DNA from: Takakia lepidozioides
Taxonomy: Eukaryota > Plantae > Bryophyta
Assembly (NCBI GenBank): GCA_030704615.1
Contig: CM060732.1
Location: 13,268,001-13,332,000, forward strand
Direction of reading: 5' to 3'
Length of the DNA stretch: 64,000 nt
The stretch's first letter is position 1. The number at the start of each line of letters is the position of its first letter. Position numbers and translations under genes: made by a program. The notes under the pieces were generated by a model, which saw only the letters and a list, made by a program, of their open reading frames with translations, did not search any database and had not been told where the DNA came from. Below are positions 49,468 to 64,000 of this stretch, in pieces.

Positions 49468-50664
49468 AACTTGAGGCTGACAAGGATTGATGAGGGACAA
49501 ACGATGATTGACATGGGTCCCTGTGTACTATCTCTGGCTCTGCTCCACCGAAATCTTCACAAACCCTTGGGAAAAGTTGCGTGTGGTTGTTAGTGATTAA
49601 GCCACAAAATTGGCTTCTAAAGCAGTGGACTCATCTTTGTGCCTTGACTGAATCAAGTCATGCTAATTTGGTCAGCGGTGTACTGAAGCTGTGCCAGAAA
49701 ATATCACATGACCTTGTGTCACAAGAAGAGCCTCATGGCCTGGCCTGGCTTAAGACTTTGTTGGTAGAAGTTGCTGATTCAAGAGTAAAAAACATGGCAG
49801 TCTCAACTCTTGATTGTAAATTGTAGCACTTATTCTCTTACTTAGTTTGCATCAGCTATCTGTGAGGTGATAAGGCCCTTGAAGAAGCACATTTGTGTAG
49901 TCCTCAGCCTACAAGGTGGGAATCACTGAACCAAAACAGCATTCTTCCCAAAACTTATGTTCAAAACAATTAAAGCTTGTTCAGGCACACTGTAACATTT
50001 TTCTTCTTCCTGTCTGTGTGGATGGCAAAAAGATTCTTCCCTCCTGCCTGTCGTCCCTTTTGTTTGCAGCTGTCCGGTCCTTGTATATGGTCGGGTCTCT
50101 GTCTGCTGCACTGACACTGAATATGTGAAAAAAATAAAAAATAAAAAATAAAAAATAAAAAATATGTGATATGAAGTAGATCCTCCTTTAGCAAGTAACT
50201 ATCACTCTCCAAGGGTATAAGAGAACTGGTTCACAGAGAGATTTGGGTGCATTTTTTGGAGTTTGGCTGCAAGTGTGACTGCTGCTGCAGCATGTCTACT
50301 TAATAACTTCCATATACTAACCAGGATACTGATCAAGCAGTACTTGAGAGACATTGTCCCGCAGCAGAAGGTTGCTTCATCACGGCAAGAGTGCAAACCG
50401 GAATTTTGAACTATTCAACGATGACAAGCACTACTTTTCAAAACATCTCTTTGGACCTCATCGCTAGCATCAGTGGACGATCTCGAATCACAGTCTACAG
50501 GACCTTGAGCCGGACTGGTTGCTTGGAAATGATACTCTTTTAAGCAGTGGATGCTTTGATTATGGTGCGAGATACAAGAAGACGAGAGAAAGTAGTGGAA
50601 AACAAGCCAATTCCCCTACAGTTCGGAAGAATGGGTGGCTCCAGGGTTTATACTCAGAGCTGTA

Positions 50665-51849
50665 TCATGATGTATATGGTACAGATTGAGGGGAGAGCTG
50701 AAGTCTTTGAAGTTGCTCTCTGAGCACTTGGAAAGCTAGCGAGTCATTGGCACTGCTGCGTGGCCTGCACCACTCTTCTTTCAGCATAACATCAACATCT
50801 GCGCGCAAACTGAGGACTTGAAAGTTCCTGCGTAGAGCGGGGGCATGCGTTGTGAGGGCATCCTGAATGTATGGTTTTCCCACAGTGCGCGTAGCAGCAG
50901 CATTGAGCAGTTGATCTAAGGATCCATGTTTCTTCATCAGCTTCAAGGCTGTCTTCCGCCCAAACCCTGGTGCGAGCTCCGGCAGGCCTGGAATGCTGTC
51001 GGAGGCATCCCCCAGCAGGCACCGCATACCAAGCTCCAAACTAGGGGAGTATTCATGTTGTGCTACATAATGCTGGAGTGTGTAGAAAGACCACCGCCCA
51101 AATTCGGGAAGAGGGAGCAGCATGTGGATCTGAGGAGAGAGAAGTTGGCGCAAGTCCATGTCTGGTGAGGCCACAACCACTCTAAGGTCACGAGCGAGTG
51201 CCTGCTGCGCCAGTGTGGCGACGACATCGTCAGCCTCTGCCGTGTCCACCGTCACCACGGGGACATGACAGAGAGCAAGGAATCCATGGATCAAGGGCAG
51301 ACACTCGCGCAAGTCCGCTTCGGGACTTCTGTGGGTATGAGCCCTCACAGGCAGGGGTCGGTACTTGTTGCGACTGGCTTTGTAATTGGGCATCAATGCC
51401 TGTCTATACTCATTGCCTCTCTCCCCGTCCATCACTGCAATCACAGGGTCATGCTGCGTAACTTGAGTGAACAGCAACCGCATCCACTCCACCACTGCGC
51501 TCGGCCGCACCTTGTCACCTTCATAGCAGAGTGGGTGCATGTCAACCAAGTACAATCTTTTTCTTGGCCCTCTCTCATCATCCGTACTCGCATGCAGTCC
51601 TGTAGAAGGCTCTCCGCCCAGTCTTGGCCCTTCATTCCTCTTCTCGCAACGCCATACATCACTCCAAACTCCCCTGTTCTTTCTTAGCTCGCTAACATTT
51701 TCCACAACCCTGCCTACTTTGCCACTATCGATCTGTATGGCGCCACCGGCTGGAACTCGTGCGTTGACATCTGCTTGATTGCGGGTGCAGGGTCGCGGAA
51801 CATGGCGGGGAAACGTGAGGGGCCTAGATTGGAATGAGGAATGCAGCAT
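50665..51849 (-). CDS. Organellar 5'-3' exonuclease (Pol I N-terminal/FEN-like; OEX2-like), intronless, probable transit peptide
   Basis: LVDMHPLCYEG, DPVIAVMDGE, YKASR, EADDVVATL, ASPDMDLRQL, and H3TH GDASDSIPGL..GFGRKTALKL; likely start MLHSSFQSRP. Confidence 0.9.
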   Translation of the reverse strand: MLHSSFQSRPLTFPRHVPRPCTRNQADVNARVPAGGAIQIDSGKVGRVVENVSELRKNRGVWSDVWRCEKRNEGPRLGGEPSTGLHASTDDERGPRKRLYLVDMHPLCYEGDKVRPSAVVEWMRLLFTQVTQHDPVIAVMDGERGNEYRQALMPNYKASRNKYRPLPVRAHTHRSPEADLRECLPLIHGFLALCHVPVVTVDTAEADDVVATLAQQALARDLRVVVASPDMDLRQLLSPQIHMLLPLPEFGRWSFYTLQHYVAQHEYSPSLELGMRCLLGDASDSIPGLPELAPGFGRKTALKLMKKHGSLDQLLNAAATRTVGKPYIQDALTTHAPALRRNFQVLSLRADVDVMLKEEWCRPRSSANDSLAFQVLREQLQRLQLSPQSVPYTS

Positions 51850-52408
51850 TGGGCAAGCCTCCGTGTCAGTCAGTCTTCCACAAGAAACCCGAAACCCACT
51901 ATAGATCACAAGAACATTCTCTCCTTCATCTCACAAGCTTCAGATTTCTCAAGCTCCATCTACTTCCAAATCGTAGTTTACTCTTCCCCTTTGCGTCCCT
52001 CGCAGCTCTCGAGGCTTGAAGCTGCGCAGATTGCTGATTGCCATGGCTCAGCTCTCACGGCCATGCATAACCAGCTAGAAGGATGGATGACAGAACTGTT
52101 GCTGGATGAATCCAAGGTTGACCCACAGAGCTGGGAAGAACCCGCAGATTTCAAGCATAGAATTGATCAGAGAGATCAGAGAGAGCAGAGAGGGAAACTG
52201 GGCAAGTCGGGGAAATCAGAGTTGGAGCGACCCTCGTGGAGAGATTTGCGTGGGGTTGTGTAGGGACCACACATCTGTTTCCTTGGTAAGGGCTCAAGTG
52301 TGCCTCTAAAATGATGAGGCCGAATGTGTGTTTGTTGAGGGTAAGAGGGAGGGATCGAAGGAAGTAAAGGGAGGTTTGTGGAACACAAGATTGGTGGAGT
52401 TATTAGCT

Positions 52409-55400
52409 ATGGAAGTGGGATGGGCGGCCAGTAATAAGGCCGTCGCCAAGCCCTCCACCATCCCCTCTGCTGCTGCTTCGAGCGATGGGCCGGCGATGAC
52501 GCCCGAGCAGATAAGGCGGGAGCGGTACTTGAAGGGCGTCAAGGACCGGAAGTGTATTGTCTGTGGCAACCAAGCCCAAGCCCGGTAATGCTCAACCCAC
52601 GCTAACCGGGTGCATCCTGCAGGTTTGAATTTCGGGTTGGGCACATCGCTTGCACTCGTGGTAGAGTGGGCGGAATCAGCTGGAGAGAACGACAGAGAAG
52701 GAGGAGGTTCAGGGGAGGGGAAGGTAGTTGAGTGTATTGCAGGGTGTTGCAAGACGATTGTGAGGGGAATATTGCAGCGTCGTTGTTGTCAAACATGGGG
52801 CGAGTAGAATGCAATTGTTGGGAGACTCAGTGCTTTGGTCCATCACACGGAGCATCTACGACAATGCAATACTTTGTTGTATTTCTCGCAGAAGTGGGCT
52901 TCAGCTAGTGTAACCACTCAATTTGATTGGATGTAGTCTGTGAAGAGGGTGAGAGGTTTTCGAAGTGGTTTGCAAACATATAGATCTTGCAAAGTCTCTA
53001 TGAAGATTGCGTAATGTTTAGTTGAAACCTTCAATTTCGAGTCCTTGAACGGATGTAACCCTGTTGGTTCAACATGCATATCGCTGTGACCACATGATAT
53101 TGATCACATGATATAATCGACTTCTGTTAGAGTTCTCTTTGATACTTTGCAAGTGGTTAGTGCAGGTGCCCTTTTCGGGCCTGCAAAACATGCTGCACTA
53201 TGGCCAAGAATGATTGCACCGTCCATGGTATGTCAAAGATGTTCAAGCAGACATTCTTATATGGATTGGTATGGTTGTATCTAGGAGCCATGTTTGGTTT
53301 TGGGGAGTGCTCCGAATGGAGAGGATGTCAAAGTCCTTTGAAATTTGATTGTTTTCTTCCATTACTCCTTGAAATTCACCTGTAATCTTTGGAAGCGCTT
53401 ATCTAACATATGAATGACTACAATGCAGTGTATAAGCCAAACAAACCGCGTGGTGCACCCGTTTGGAACCCACGTGATCCACATAGGTAAGCCACTCAGT
53501 GTTTTGTGAGTTTCTGGCTTGTACTTTTACAGATGCATACTCTTCTCCAGCATAGCCCTCTTGTATACTATTTTGTTGTATTCAAATATGCTGTGCTACT
53601 ATTTTGATGTAAATCTCCATTGCCAGAACCTTGCTGTTGGGGGATTGTGCTCCCAGTCTAGGAAGAACAGAATATGAGAGAGGGGGATGGGAATGAGGAG
53701 ACTCGGAAGGCTCACACCAGTAGTCTCTGCAAGAATGAAGTTGGTAACAGTCTTGGAGGTTCTCACAAGAAAGCGTCTAGTCAGTGCCCAAATTTTCAAG
53801 AAATAGTAAGGCATAAGAGACTTCTTTTAATGGACCATATGCCAGTGACAGAGAGAGTTCCAATGGAAGTTAACTTATTTTCAAGCCAAGTCTTGAAAAG
53901 TCCACCCAAAATACACATGAGTGATTTTGCATGCAGGTGTCTTATTGTGGGGATTCTTTTAATTTCTAAAGGCGAGTACAAAGTTCTGAGTTTCTCCTAT
54001 TTCCAAGTTCTAAGAGACATGTGGATCTTTGGTATCTATGCTGTGGAAAGCGTAGGCCTAGTGCCATTTTGACATAATTTATCCTGGACTGTTTTGCTTC
54101 GGCCGGTTGCTGCAGGTCTGCCTCAATGGGCCCTCCATCTATGAAACCTTCATCCACTCCAGCATCAGGATATGCCAACTCCTCTGCCATGAGAGCTCAA
54201 GTTGGGTATGGAACCCAGCACTCTGGTCATAATCTTTCTTCTGCGCGGCCATGGGGAGCTGGGGGTGCCACTCCTCAGCAGCAAGAGTTGTACAGGTTAA
54301 AATCCGTCAAGGCTGCTATGCAAGCTGCTCAAAGAGTATGTACCTTTTCCTTGAGCTTTCTGTATCATCTGGTAACTGGAATGTTGGTGGTAGTGCTTTA
54401 CAGCTAGTAGACCTATCTATGTAGGAGGGAGAAAGTGCAGTCTTTAAAACGGAATTTTCATTGCAACAGGAAGCAGCCATGATTAATACCTGGAGATTCC
54501 AGAAATTGCGGGAGCATTTGGCTGGTGAGACTGCCATTGAAGATGAAGCTTTTGACCGTTACATGCACAACATGTCATTGCTGGAGGAAGTTTTCAGTGT
54601 TACAACATCGGGGGGACTTTCTTCACAGAGTGATCTGATTGCAGAAGAGAATGCAGCTCAGACTCAATTCGAGGACAGGATTGGTCCAGATTCATTGATA
54701 CCTATAGATGATATACTACTGCGTGAGGAAATGAATGCAGACAGGAGAAAGGGTAGCCAGAAACGGATCAAACGGACAGTTGAGAAGCGCTTACAGATGC
54801 TGACCAGAGAAGAGCAGGAGATGCAGGATGTTATGGAGGATGAAAACCTTAATCAGGTTCTCTCATCTCTTTTATCTATTATCCAGAGTTTTCCATGTGA
54901 AACCCATGTAGATTTCATGTAGATGTTTAATTTTGGAGTTGTCGTGTAAGTGCCAGGCTGCAGTAGGACTAGCTGGCCCCAATTGTTCACACCTTCAAGT
55001 TGATCCAGATGACATCTCCCAAATCTGGCCACATTGAGCCTGCAAAAAATCGGCTCAAATACAGTTTCATAGGCTTTATGGGGCCAAACCGTTCTGGAGT
55101 CTCACATTTTCTCCGTGCCCAAACTTCAACCAGCCTGTGTTGCATTTTTTAGACTGGACTGCAATGTAGGTGGAAATCCTGAATGTTACTTTTGAAACAT
55201 GGCCAGATTTACGTCTGAATGGGCCATCATTTGCCAAGGCAGCTCTTTCCTTGTTCAGTGTTCTCAAGACATCTCCTCGGGTCAATCCGACAGTATTCGG
55301 AGCCGTCCACAGTAGCAGGTGCTATTTTGCTGCTGTCCTCCCTCCCTCCTTCCCTCCCTTCTTATTCTGATCAGCCACTCCACATGCAAGGTCTGAGACC

Positions 55401-57151
55401 CTAAGCCTGTGGCAAAGCAATGTGCAACAGTACATCCTCTCGTAAGGACAGACACTTAGGGCTGCGAGTAAAGGAGTTTTCTGTACTGGCATGGTGAGTA
55501 TCCAGCTGGCTTCGTAATCGAGAGTTGCCTATTTCCTCGGTGGCTCATTAGTGCAACTGTGATCCAGGTAGGGGCAGCCGGAGGTCCACGGGGGTCTAAA
55601 CGGTTGAAGGCAAATACGAAGGATGGAAAACAGTGTTTGGAGCGCATGTACCTGTTCGAAGCTCTAGTGCAGAAGACCAATCAGATTCAGACTACTATGG
55701 ATGTTGATCTGTGTGTAGACATGTATAGGCAGAGCTTTGGGCATGGACTGGATAGTCTCTTGTCAAGGAATGTGGAGAATTTTCTGCGTGTTGATGTCAA
55801 GCAAAAACATGACGTTGACAGTGTTCTAGTGAGGACCTTGGATGTACAGAAAGAAATGAAGAAACCCTTGCTTTCCAAAGATCAGCAGACAGCAATGCCT
55901 ACACTGTTGCCTGATGAAGTAGACAGAGTTGCAACAGGACAACTGAACAAAAGTGAGGGGAAAGACCTTGAGCCAGAAATGGAGGGCAAGAGATTGACAA
56001 TTTCTGAGACTAAGGAACTGAGTGGGAAAGCTGATCGGGTTCCCTGCTTGAAGTCACAGGAAGAAGTGGTGATGAATCCTTTACTTTCCAAAGAACAGCT
56101 GGCAAGAATGGATGCACTACTGGTTGATGACAGAGAGAGGGTTGCAACAGGGCAGGTGAGTGAAAATGAGGAAATAACACATGGGGTAATAGACCTTGAT
56201 CCGGAAATTGAAGTCCAGAGTTTGAAAATGGGTGAGAAAGATGACGGAGTTCCCTCAGCTGACACCACCTTGGAGTCACAGGAAGAAGTGGAGAAGATTT
56301 CCTTGCTTCCCTTGATTTCCTTGCAGGCAATGATGGATACACCATTGACTGATGAGAGGGTCACAACAGGGCAGATGAATGGAAGTGAGGAAGTACTAAA
56401 ACACCTTGAGCAGGAAATTGAGGGCAAGAGATTGACAAGAGATGAGACTGAGGACCACAGTGGGAAAGGTGACTGTGCTCGCTCAGCTGAAAGCACCTTG
56501 GAGTCACAGGAAGAGGCGAAGAATGCCTTGCTTTTTACCGACCAGCGAGCAACAATAGACACCTCTTTGCCGGATGAGAGAGAGAGGGTTGCAACAGGGC
56601 AGGTGAATGATGAGGAACTAGTTCATGAGAGAAAAGACCTTAAGCCGGAAATTGAGATCAACAGAATGAGAAGAGATGAAAAGGAGGATCAGCAAGGTGA
56701 TCAGGCTGCCCCAGGTCATGAAAGCACCTTGGAACCACATGAAACAAAGGCGAAGTTGCTTTCCAAAAACCAGCAGGCCACGACGGACTCATCACTGGTT
56801 GATGAGAGAGAGAGGGTTGCAAGGCAGGTGACAGAAAGTGAGGTAGCACTTCAAGCTGAAGACCTTGAGTTGAAAAGTGAGGGCAAGAGATTGGCTGGAT
56901 ACGAGACTGAGAATCAGAAGGAGAAAGGTGTTTGGGTTCCCTCAGCGGCAGGAAGCAGTGGGTTGTCCATCACTGAAGCAATCATAACCATGGAAAGTAA
57001 GCAACAAGATGCAGGAAAGCGGCACTGGTCCCACTCGCTGGAAGGGTTTCTTATAGGTCGAGGTTGGTGGAAGGTAGACTGTGATGAAAACAATGCTCGG
57101 GTAGCATGTCAAAAGTTTTTGAATTCAAGTCAGGTATCATATGTGTTATGA
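52409..57151 (+). CDS. Plant protein with a SHI/STY-like RING-type zinc finger (At1g32730-like), about 6 exons, repeat-expanded C-terminus
   Basis: KCIVCGNQAQAR|CPFRACKTCCTMAKNDCTVH across exons; WRFQKLREH..EDEAFDRYMHNMSLLEEVFS block; GT-AG junctions. The family assignment is from recall only. Confidence 0.7.
55845..56950 (+). repeat. About 4-5 degenerate coding tandem repeats (about 65-80 aa each)
   Basis: Recurring LLSKxQ..D..L.DERERVATGQ..E...DLEPEIEGKRL..ET..SGK..SA..TLESQEE. Confidence 0.8.
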
Positions 57152-58260
57152 TTCCTAATGCCACCAAAGGTAGATTTAAGCAGTTTATGGCATGATGACA
57201 ATGTGAAAGGCCCTTTTGTGGGTGCTTGCTTGTCCAAGCAAAATACTACCTAGGGAATCCTACACTAAAATCCCTCCTGTAAGCTCAAAATCGGAGCTTG
57301 ATTCATACTTTCATCCATCTATTTTGAGCAGGCAGCCCGGGTATATTTGTGCCTTGCATCTGCAGTGTGCTCTTGGGTTCAATCCTAAAATGTTACTTTA
57401 ATTCATCACTGTTGAGATGTAGGCTCTATAAACTTTATCTTTTATCAAAGACTCACATTGCTGGGATTGGCTAGTGAGTTTAGTTTCTACTTGACATGTT
57501 GAGATCCTCTTATAAAATGATGGTATGTTGTCCAAGGTTCTTGTTCGGAGGAGTCAAGGTTGTTCCTTCTGTTGGAGGGGTGGCATTGTTGAAGATGGTT
57601 CCATATGTTCTATGAAGAAGTTCCGGGTAGCAAAACGGGTGTTCAATGATGTGGATATGCACCTTCGACATATTGATTGCTACACTTGGCACATTTTTGA
57701 ATCTGATTGTTGTACGTTCAATGACGTTGAGGAGATATGAGTTATCTTCTTCCTGTCGGTGCACAATGTCGCTTGAGCAAGGTGCATACATGCTACATTG
57801 TCTGTAAGATCCTTAACAACATATTCTAGCACAACAAAAAGGAGTGGCACCATTGGATCGCTTCCGGTTCAGCAAGCATAAGACGAGGCACTAGGCTGGG
57901 GCGTTTCTGCAGCTTGAAGGCCGATTTACACATCATCCTTGGAAACATAGACGAATTCAGATCACGCTTATATAGCAGGTCGAAGACCGAGACAGGAATT
58001 TCATACATCGCAGGGACATGGTGGTTGCTAGCTGGTCCTCACACTTGCACTTCTCTCCCTATCCTTCCTTACAATCGAGAGACTGCTGTTGGTTTGGAAG
58101 ATGAATCCAACACAGACAGCACCAAAATTCGAGCAAAATTCGTTCATTTATTCGATAATTGTTCAAATTGCAAGACAGCGTCAGGCCTGCATGCAGTTAG
58201 AAAATTGCAGAGATCTAGCGCTTGTTGAATGTAGACGGGCCAGGTAGTGTTTTCCGAATT

Positions 58261-59989
<1,729 letters not shown>

Positions 59990-62604
59990 TGCTACAGCAG
60001 CCACTTGCAAATGGCGATCGATATAATCCTGAGGAACTCTTGGATCAGCTTCACCTGATCGGACTCTAGTCAGGCTTGCAAGTTCCTGATATGGGTTTCC
60101 AACATGCAGGAGGAGACATATACGTAATATTTATTTGCATATACTAGAAGGACTTGAGGAAGTCCTTCATGATCTTGACATCAATATCAAGTTCAATCAG
60201 CTCCCCCAATATTTCAGCTCTATTTCAGCTGGTTCTACTCACTCCTTAACTGCTTGTGTAATCCTACCATTGCATGAGACCATTACTACTGAAAAGCTGC
60301 TATGGTAACCACCACAACCTACTATCATCTTGCAAATGCCTTGATCAATCTGGAACAAACTTGCGACTCTAATAAGAGAAAAACCACAGAAATTTTTGTA
60401 CAAGGAAAGCCACATTAGAAACAGAGTGAAACACAGTTAAAAGCGTGATCGCAAAAGCAGTCACAGACGGCGATGGCCGAAACTTCGGGAAAAGTGGAAC
60501 ATCCATGTACCTCTTACTCAACACGCCCAGAGTGACCGTATCCTTGTAATTTTGCGTTGAACTAATCTGGCTGGACCATCAGTTGCTTTTGCATGCGCTC
60601 TGTATGATTTAAAAGCTTTGCACACCCGAATCCCAAAAGAAAAATGCCAAGTTATACAAAGTCAATCTTCATGCATAAGATTGTACATATCGACATTGCA
60701 AGCAGTTGCAGTGAACTTCGAAATGTTTCGTCACGTGTAACAGAAATGAACTGTTGAGGTGTATAAATCTGACTTGTCTCCCTCACTGATCTCTCCTGAG
60801 TTCGCTAGAATCATCATCGACAGCACTCTGTCTCTCAAGCTAGCAATCCCTCACCCACGCGCTACGTCCTGCGTGCTGTCTATGCCTGGCTACATCTCTC
60901 TTATAGTACTCCGCGCACTCTGCTCTGTTCGCAGTACTGATCACGAGCTTCCCCGCGGCCGCCGCATGTCGACCTCCTTCCGTCACCTTTTCAACGGGCC
61001 GTATTGGTACCATATTTTTGCGGTACCAGGATGCCACATACAATAACGCTCGCGAGCCTAGGAACTGAGAGTTGAGCCCAGGACCTGGGGGCTCGCGTGT
61101 TGACCGAGGCCAGTCTCTTAACGGTACCGGTTAGGTGCATCGCATCTGCTTACCTCACTGGCTGTTACTACTAACTACCGTTACTACTAACTACCGCCCT
61201 CCGTTCCTCCATCGTCATTCCTTCGTCCGTTGGCAGACGAAAGTCGTCCGACCGCAACGGCGAAGTTGCCGGACGGGTGGCGGAAGCGCGTGGCGATTTT
61301 CCTGGTCAGTCCAACACGTTTTTGGCGCGCTGCCCGCGTTCCGAGTTTCGCCATTTTTGAAATCTGATATATATTATATTATCCGACGAGTTTAAGGCAA
61401 GCGTGTGAGGTGGTGGGGCCCGCAGGCCTAAGCTCAGGGAGGCTCCGGCATACTACCTGTCAAATCTCTTCCCCCGCTGTGTAGGTGGGGAGCGCTCCAC
61501 ACCTCCTAATCCCTCCTCACGTCCCCCATTTTTAGGACCATGTTCCCAAACATTCTCCAATTTTGCTCTTATGTTCTCGGTCCAAGATCCTTGCTCCCCA
61601 TAGTGGGACAGGGGAGCAGGGACCACGAACAGGGAGCGAGCCACATTCCACAGGACAAGGAGCGAGCGAGGACCAAGAAGGAGAGCGAGGACAAAGGACA
61701 GGGATAGGGGAGGAACAATGAGGGGAGAGGGAACAGGTAGCGTAGTGGACTTCGGATTATTTTGGAGATGAAAAAAATATTATTAATCAATCCCATGTGC
61801 ATCCACATCAGTCTACACAATTTCAGTAATCGAACTTCAAACTTCAAGTTCTCAACATGCAGTATCTAACCACCGCACTACCATCTGTTTTCAAGAATAC
61901 TTGTAATTTCCTAATCCTTTATTCTACAAATACAGTCTAGAAGTGATAGTAGCCAAGGGGGGGGTGGGGATTTGACAGCGCGCTCGCCGGAACGTCGCCA
62001 GTACGGCCATCCCCGGCGACCGTACCGGCAAGGCTCCCACGCTTCGTTGGGTAAGCGTAGTCTCTCTGCTCCTATATATACATGTATTTATTTATTTATT
62101 TTTAAATTTAGACTAGAATGTTATGGAACTTAAGTAAGTTAGTACCCAGTTAGTACGAAGTATTTTAATCTTATTTTTTAAAATAAGGGGAAAAGGGGCG
62201 AAGTGCGATGTGAGTCTTTGGCGCTCCACAATTTGCAGTGAGAAATGTTCAATGGCCTTTTCGTCTTTCTCGTATGTGGATCAAATGCTGATCAACAATG
62301 AGCTCCACCTTGGATCAGAAAGGCCTTCTGAAGCAATTCTTGGGCTGTCACTCGGAAATACAGACTATTTCTCAAACTCCACCACCCTGCCAAGCTTCTT
62401 ATATTCTCCCCGATTAAGCAAAATTCGAGTCTACACACATATGCGTTGAATTGGAAACGTATGTACAGATAGATAAAGATGTTACAAAAACTGGTTACAA
62501 AAACTGGTTCGACAGGTCCAAAGTGTAACGGAACATACTCCTGTTTGATAACACCATCAGCAAATGCACCAGTATATCCAACACTATGATCAAATACGCC
62601 GTTG

Positions 62605-63465
62605 TTTATCTGGTGTTGCTGGATTGAAATAACGTACGTCGATGATGCAAATTGGAATCAAAAAATAATTTCTTCACCTGTTCAATTCATGTATCCTTCG
62701 GAAATAACATGGAACGCAAGAGCGATTCACATTTGCTCATATCCATCCCATTTCGCAAGAAGGCTCCATATGCATAGAATGTGTCAGATTTTAACATAGA
62801 TAATAAACATCCGACAAATGAGCTTGTAATGCACTTTCACAGCGTGGATATGATAGATAAAGGCTCGTTCAAAAACATTTGTTGGTGTAAGACAAATACA
62901 TTTCTTCAACTCTGCACTGTACTACCATATAAAACATACAACTCATTCCCCTCTTCCATTTCTTCCGCAGTGATGTTTTCATAAAAAAATTGAAAATGAG
63001 GTTGACCAAAATCTTTCAACCAGTAACCTAACATACATTTCCAGGTATGCAACAATCTTGCCTGAGTTTCTTGCACATTACTGTATGCCCAGGTGGCGGA
63101 GGTGGCGGACGTCTGTCCCAACCCAAATAGGATTTGATCAGTATGTTTGCCTGTATGACACTTGTTGCTAACAACCTAATAACCATCTGAAAATGCAAAT
63201 TATGAGACCGACTCCCACCTTTGTCAATCGCAAAAAACCTTGCCATGCACTTCTCTTGAATGAACTTCTGCAAATGTTGAAACAAATCGAGATTTACATC
63301 CTGTCCACCGACTCCAACGGTGCAAGAAAGCTAAAAAATAATTTGCCCCTTCTTGTCTACACTTGGCTCCTTTTTTGGACGACCTCTATGCTTCACCAAC
63401 GTTGTAGTGGCTACTGGCATACTCTCCATTTCCTCGATTCTCTACTTCTTCTCAACTATCGACAT
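62605..63465 (-). pseudogene. Y1 HUH endonuclease transposase, Replitron-like, copy 2 (divergent, frameshifted)
   Basis: LSCTVGVGGQDV; DKGGSRSHNLHFQ; LGW..GHTVMCKKL; MLGYWLKD..PHFQF..NITAEEMEEG; ICLTPTNVFERA; GMDMSKCESLLRSMLFP..VKKLFF. Collinear with copy 1. Confidence 0.78.
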
Positions 63466-64000
63466 TTATACTGTCGCCAAACTAACACGCCCTCGTATAA
63501 CTTTGAAAGATTCTAAATATCTCCAAACCACGATATCACCAAGTGGCCTTAACAATGCAATAGTGCATTTTTCTTGTACATGCAATAGCCAGGTGGGCTG
63601 TACATGTACTAGCCCTGTAGACCCTCTGAGCATTGACCATGTGGGTGCCACTTTAATTGAGACATCCTTTAACACGTTTAGCCTCCATTGGCTATATTTT
63701 AATTTTTGAAAGGATGGGGATACAATATGGCTTAATTTTTAATATCACCTTTTACCACATCTAGTGACATATTTCCTTAACTTCATCTCACCATCCCCTC
63801 TCCTTCATCCTCACTAGCCTCCACATTAAAAGCAGGGCTCCCACAAGACGGGCCCTTCCCTTCCCATTGACACCATTCCTTACCAAGCCGCCATTTATTA
63901 ATGGTTTTCAACCCATCGCTAAATTCTTCTGCCACCTAATACTCAGTCGGCTGTGGTTTACCGCCAACTTTCCACTAGACAACCCAAGACCTCTTCTCAC

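Noticed and set aside
57500-58230. Short ORFs between the zinc-finger gene and the peroxidase
   Set aside because: No recognisable motifs or splice structure.

Overview
Eukaryotic nuclear DNA, most likely from a non-seed land plant (inferred from spliceosomal introns, a class III peroxidase, a REF/SRPP gene, an OEX2-like exonuclease and Replitron-like elements). The left ~31 kb is a nested transposon cluster. It holds the 5' end of a Ty3/gypsy element inserted into a second gypsy whose integrase ends in a PHD finger, and a decayed Mutator (MULE) element with arrays of 30-bp palindromes. It also holds a large gypsy with a ~3.8-kb extra ORF region, a degenerate gag remnant, a tRNA-type SINE, a tail-to-tail pair of non-autonomous Helitrons, a Y1 HUH-endonuclease (Replitron-like) transposase remnant and a non-autonomous MULE with a 9-bp TSD. 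The right ~33 kb is genic: REF/SRPP, NDUFA9 (near-full-length LINE in intron 2), CRIPT, a 5'-3' exonuclease, a SHI/STY-like zinc-finger protein with internal repeats and a class III peroxidase. It ends with a second, divergent HUH/Replitron-like remnant. The most notable signals are two independent helicase-less HUH transposases, a LINE family whose copies sit at (CT)n/(GA)n microsatellites, the PHD-bearing integrase, and the MULE palindrome arrays. All calls come from reading the sequence by eye; exon and element boundaries are approximate unless junction sequences are quoted.
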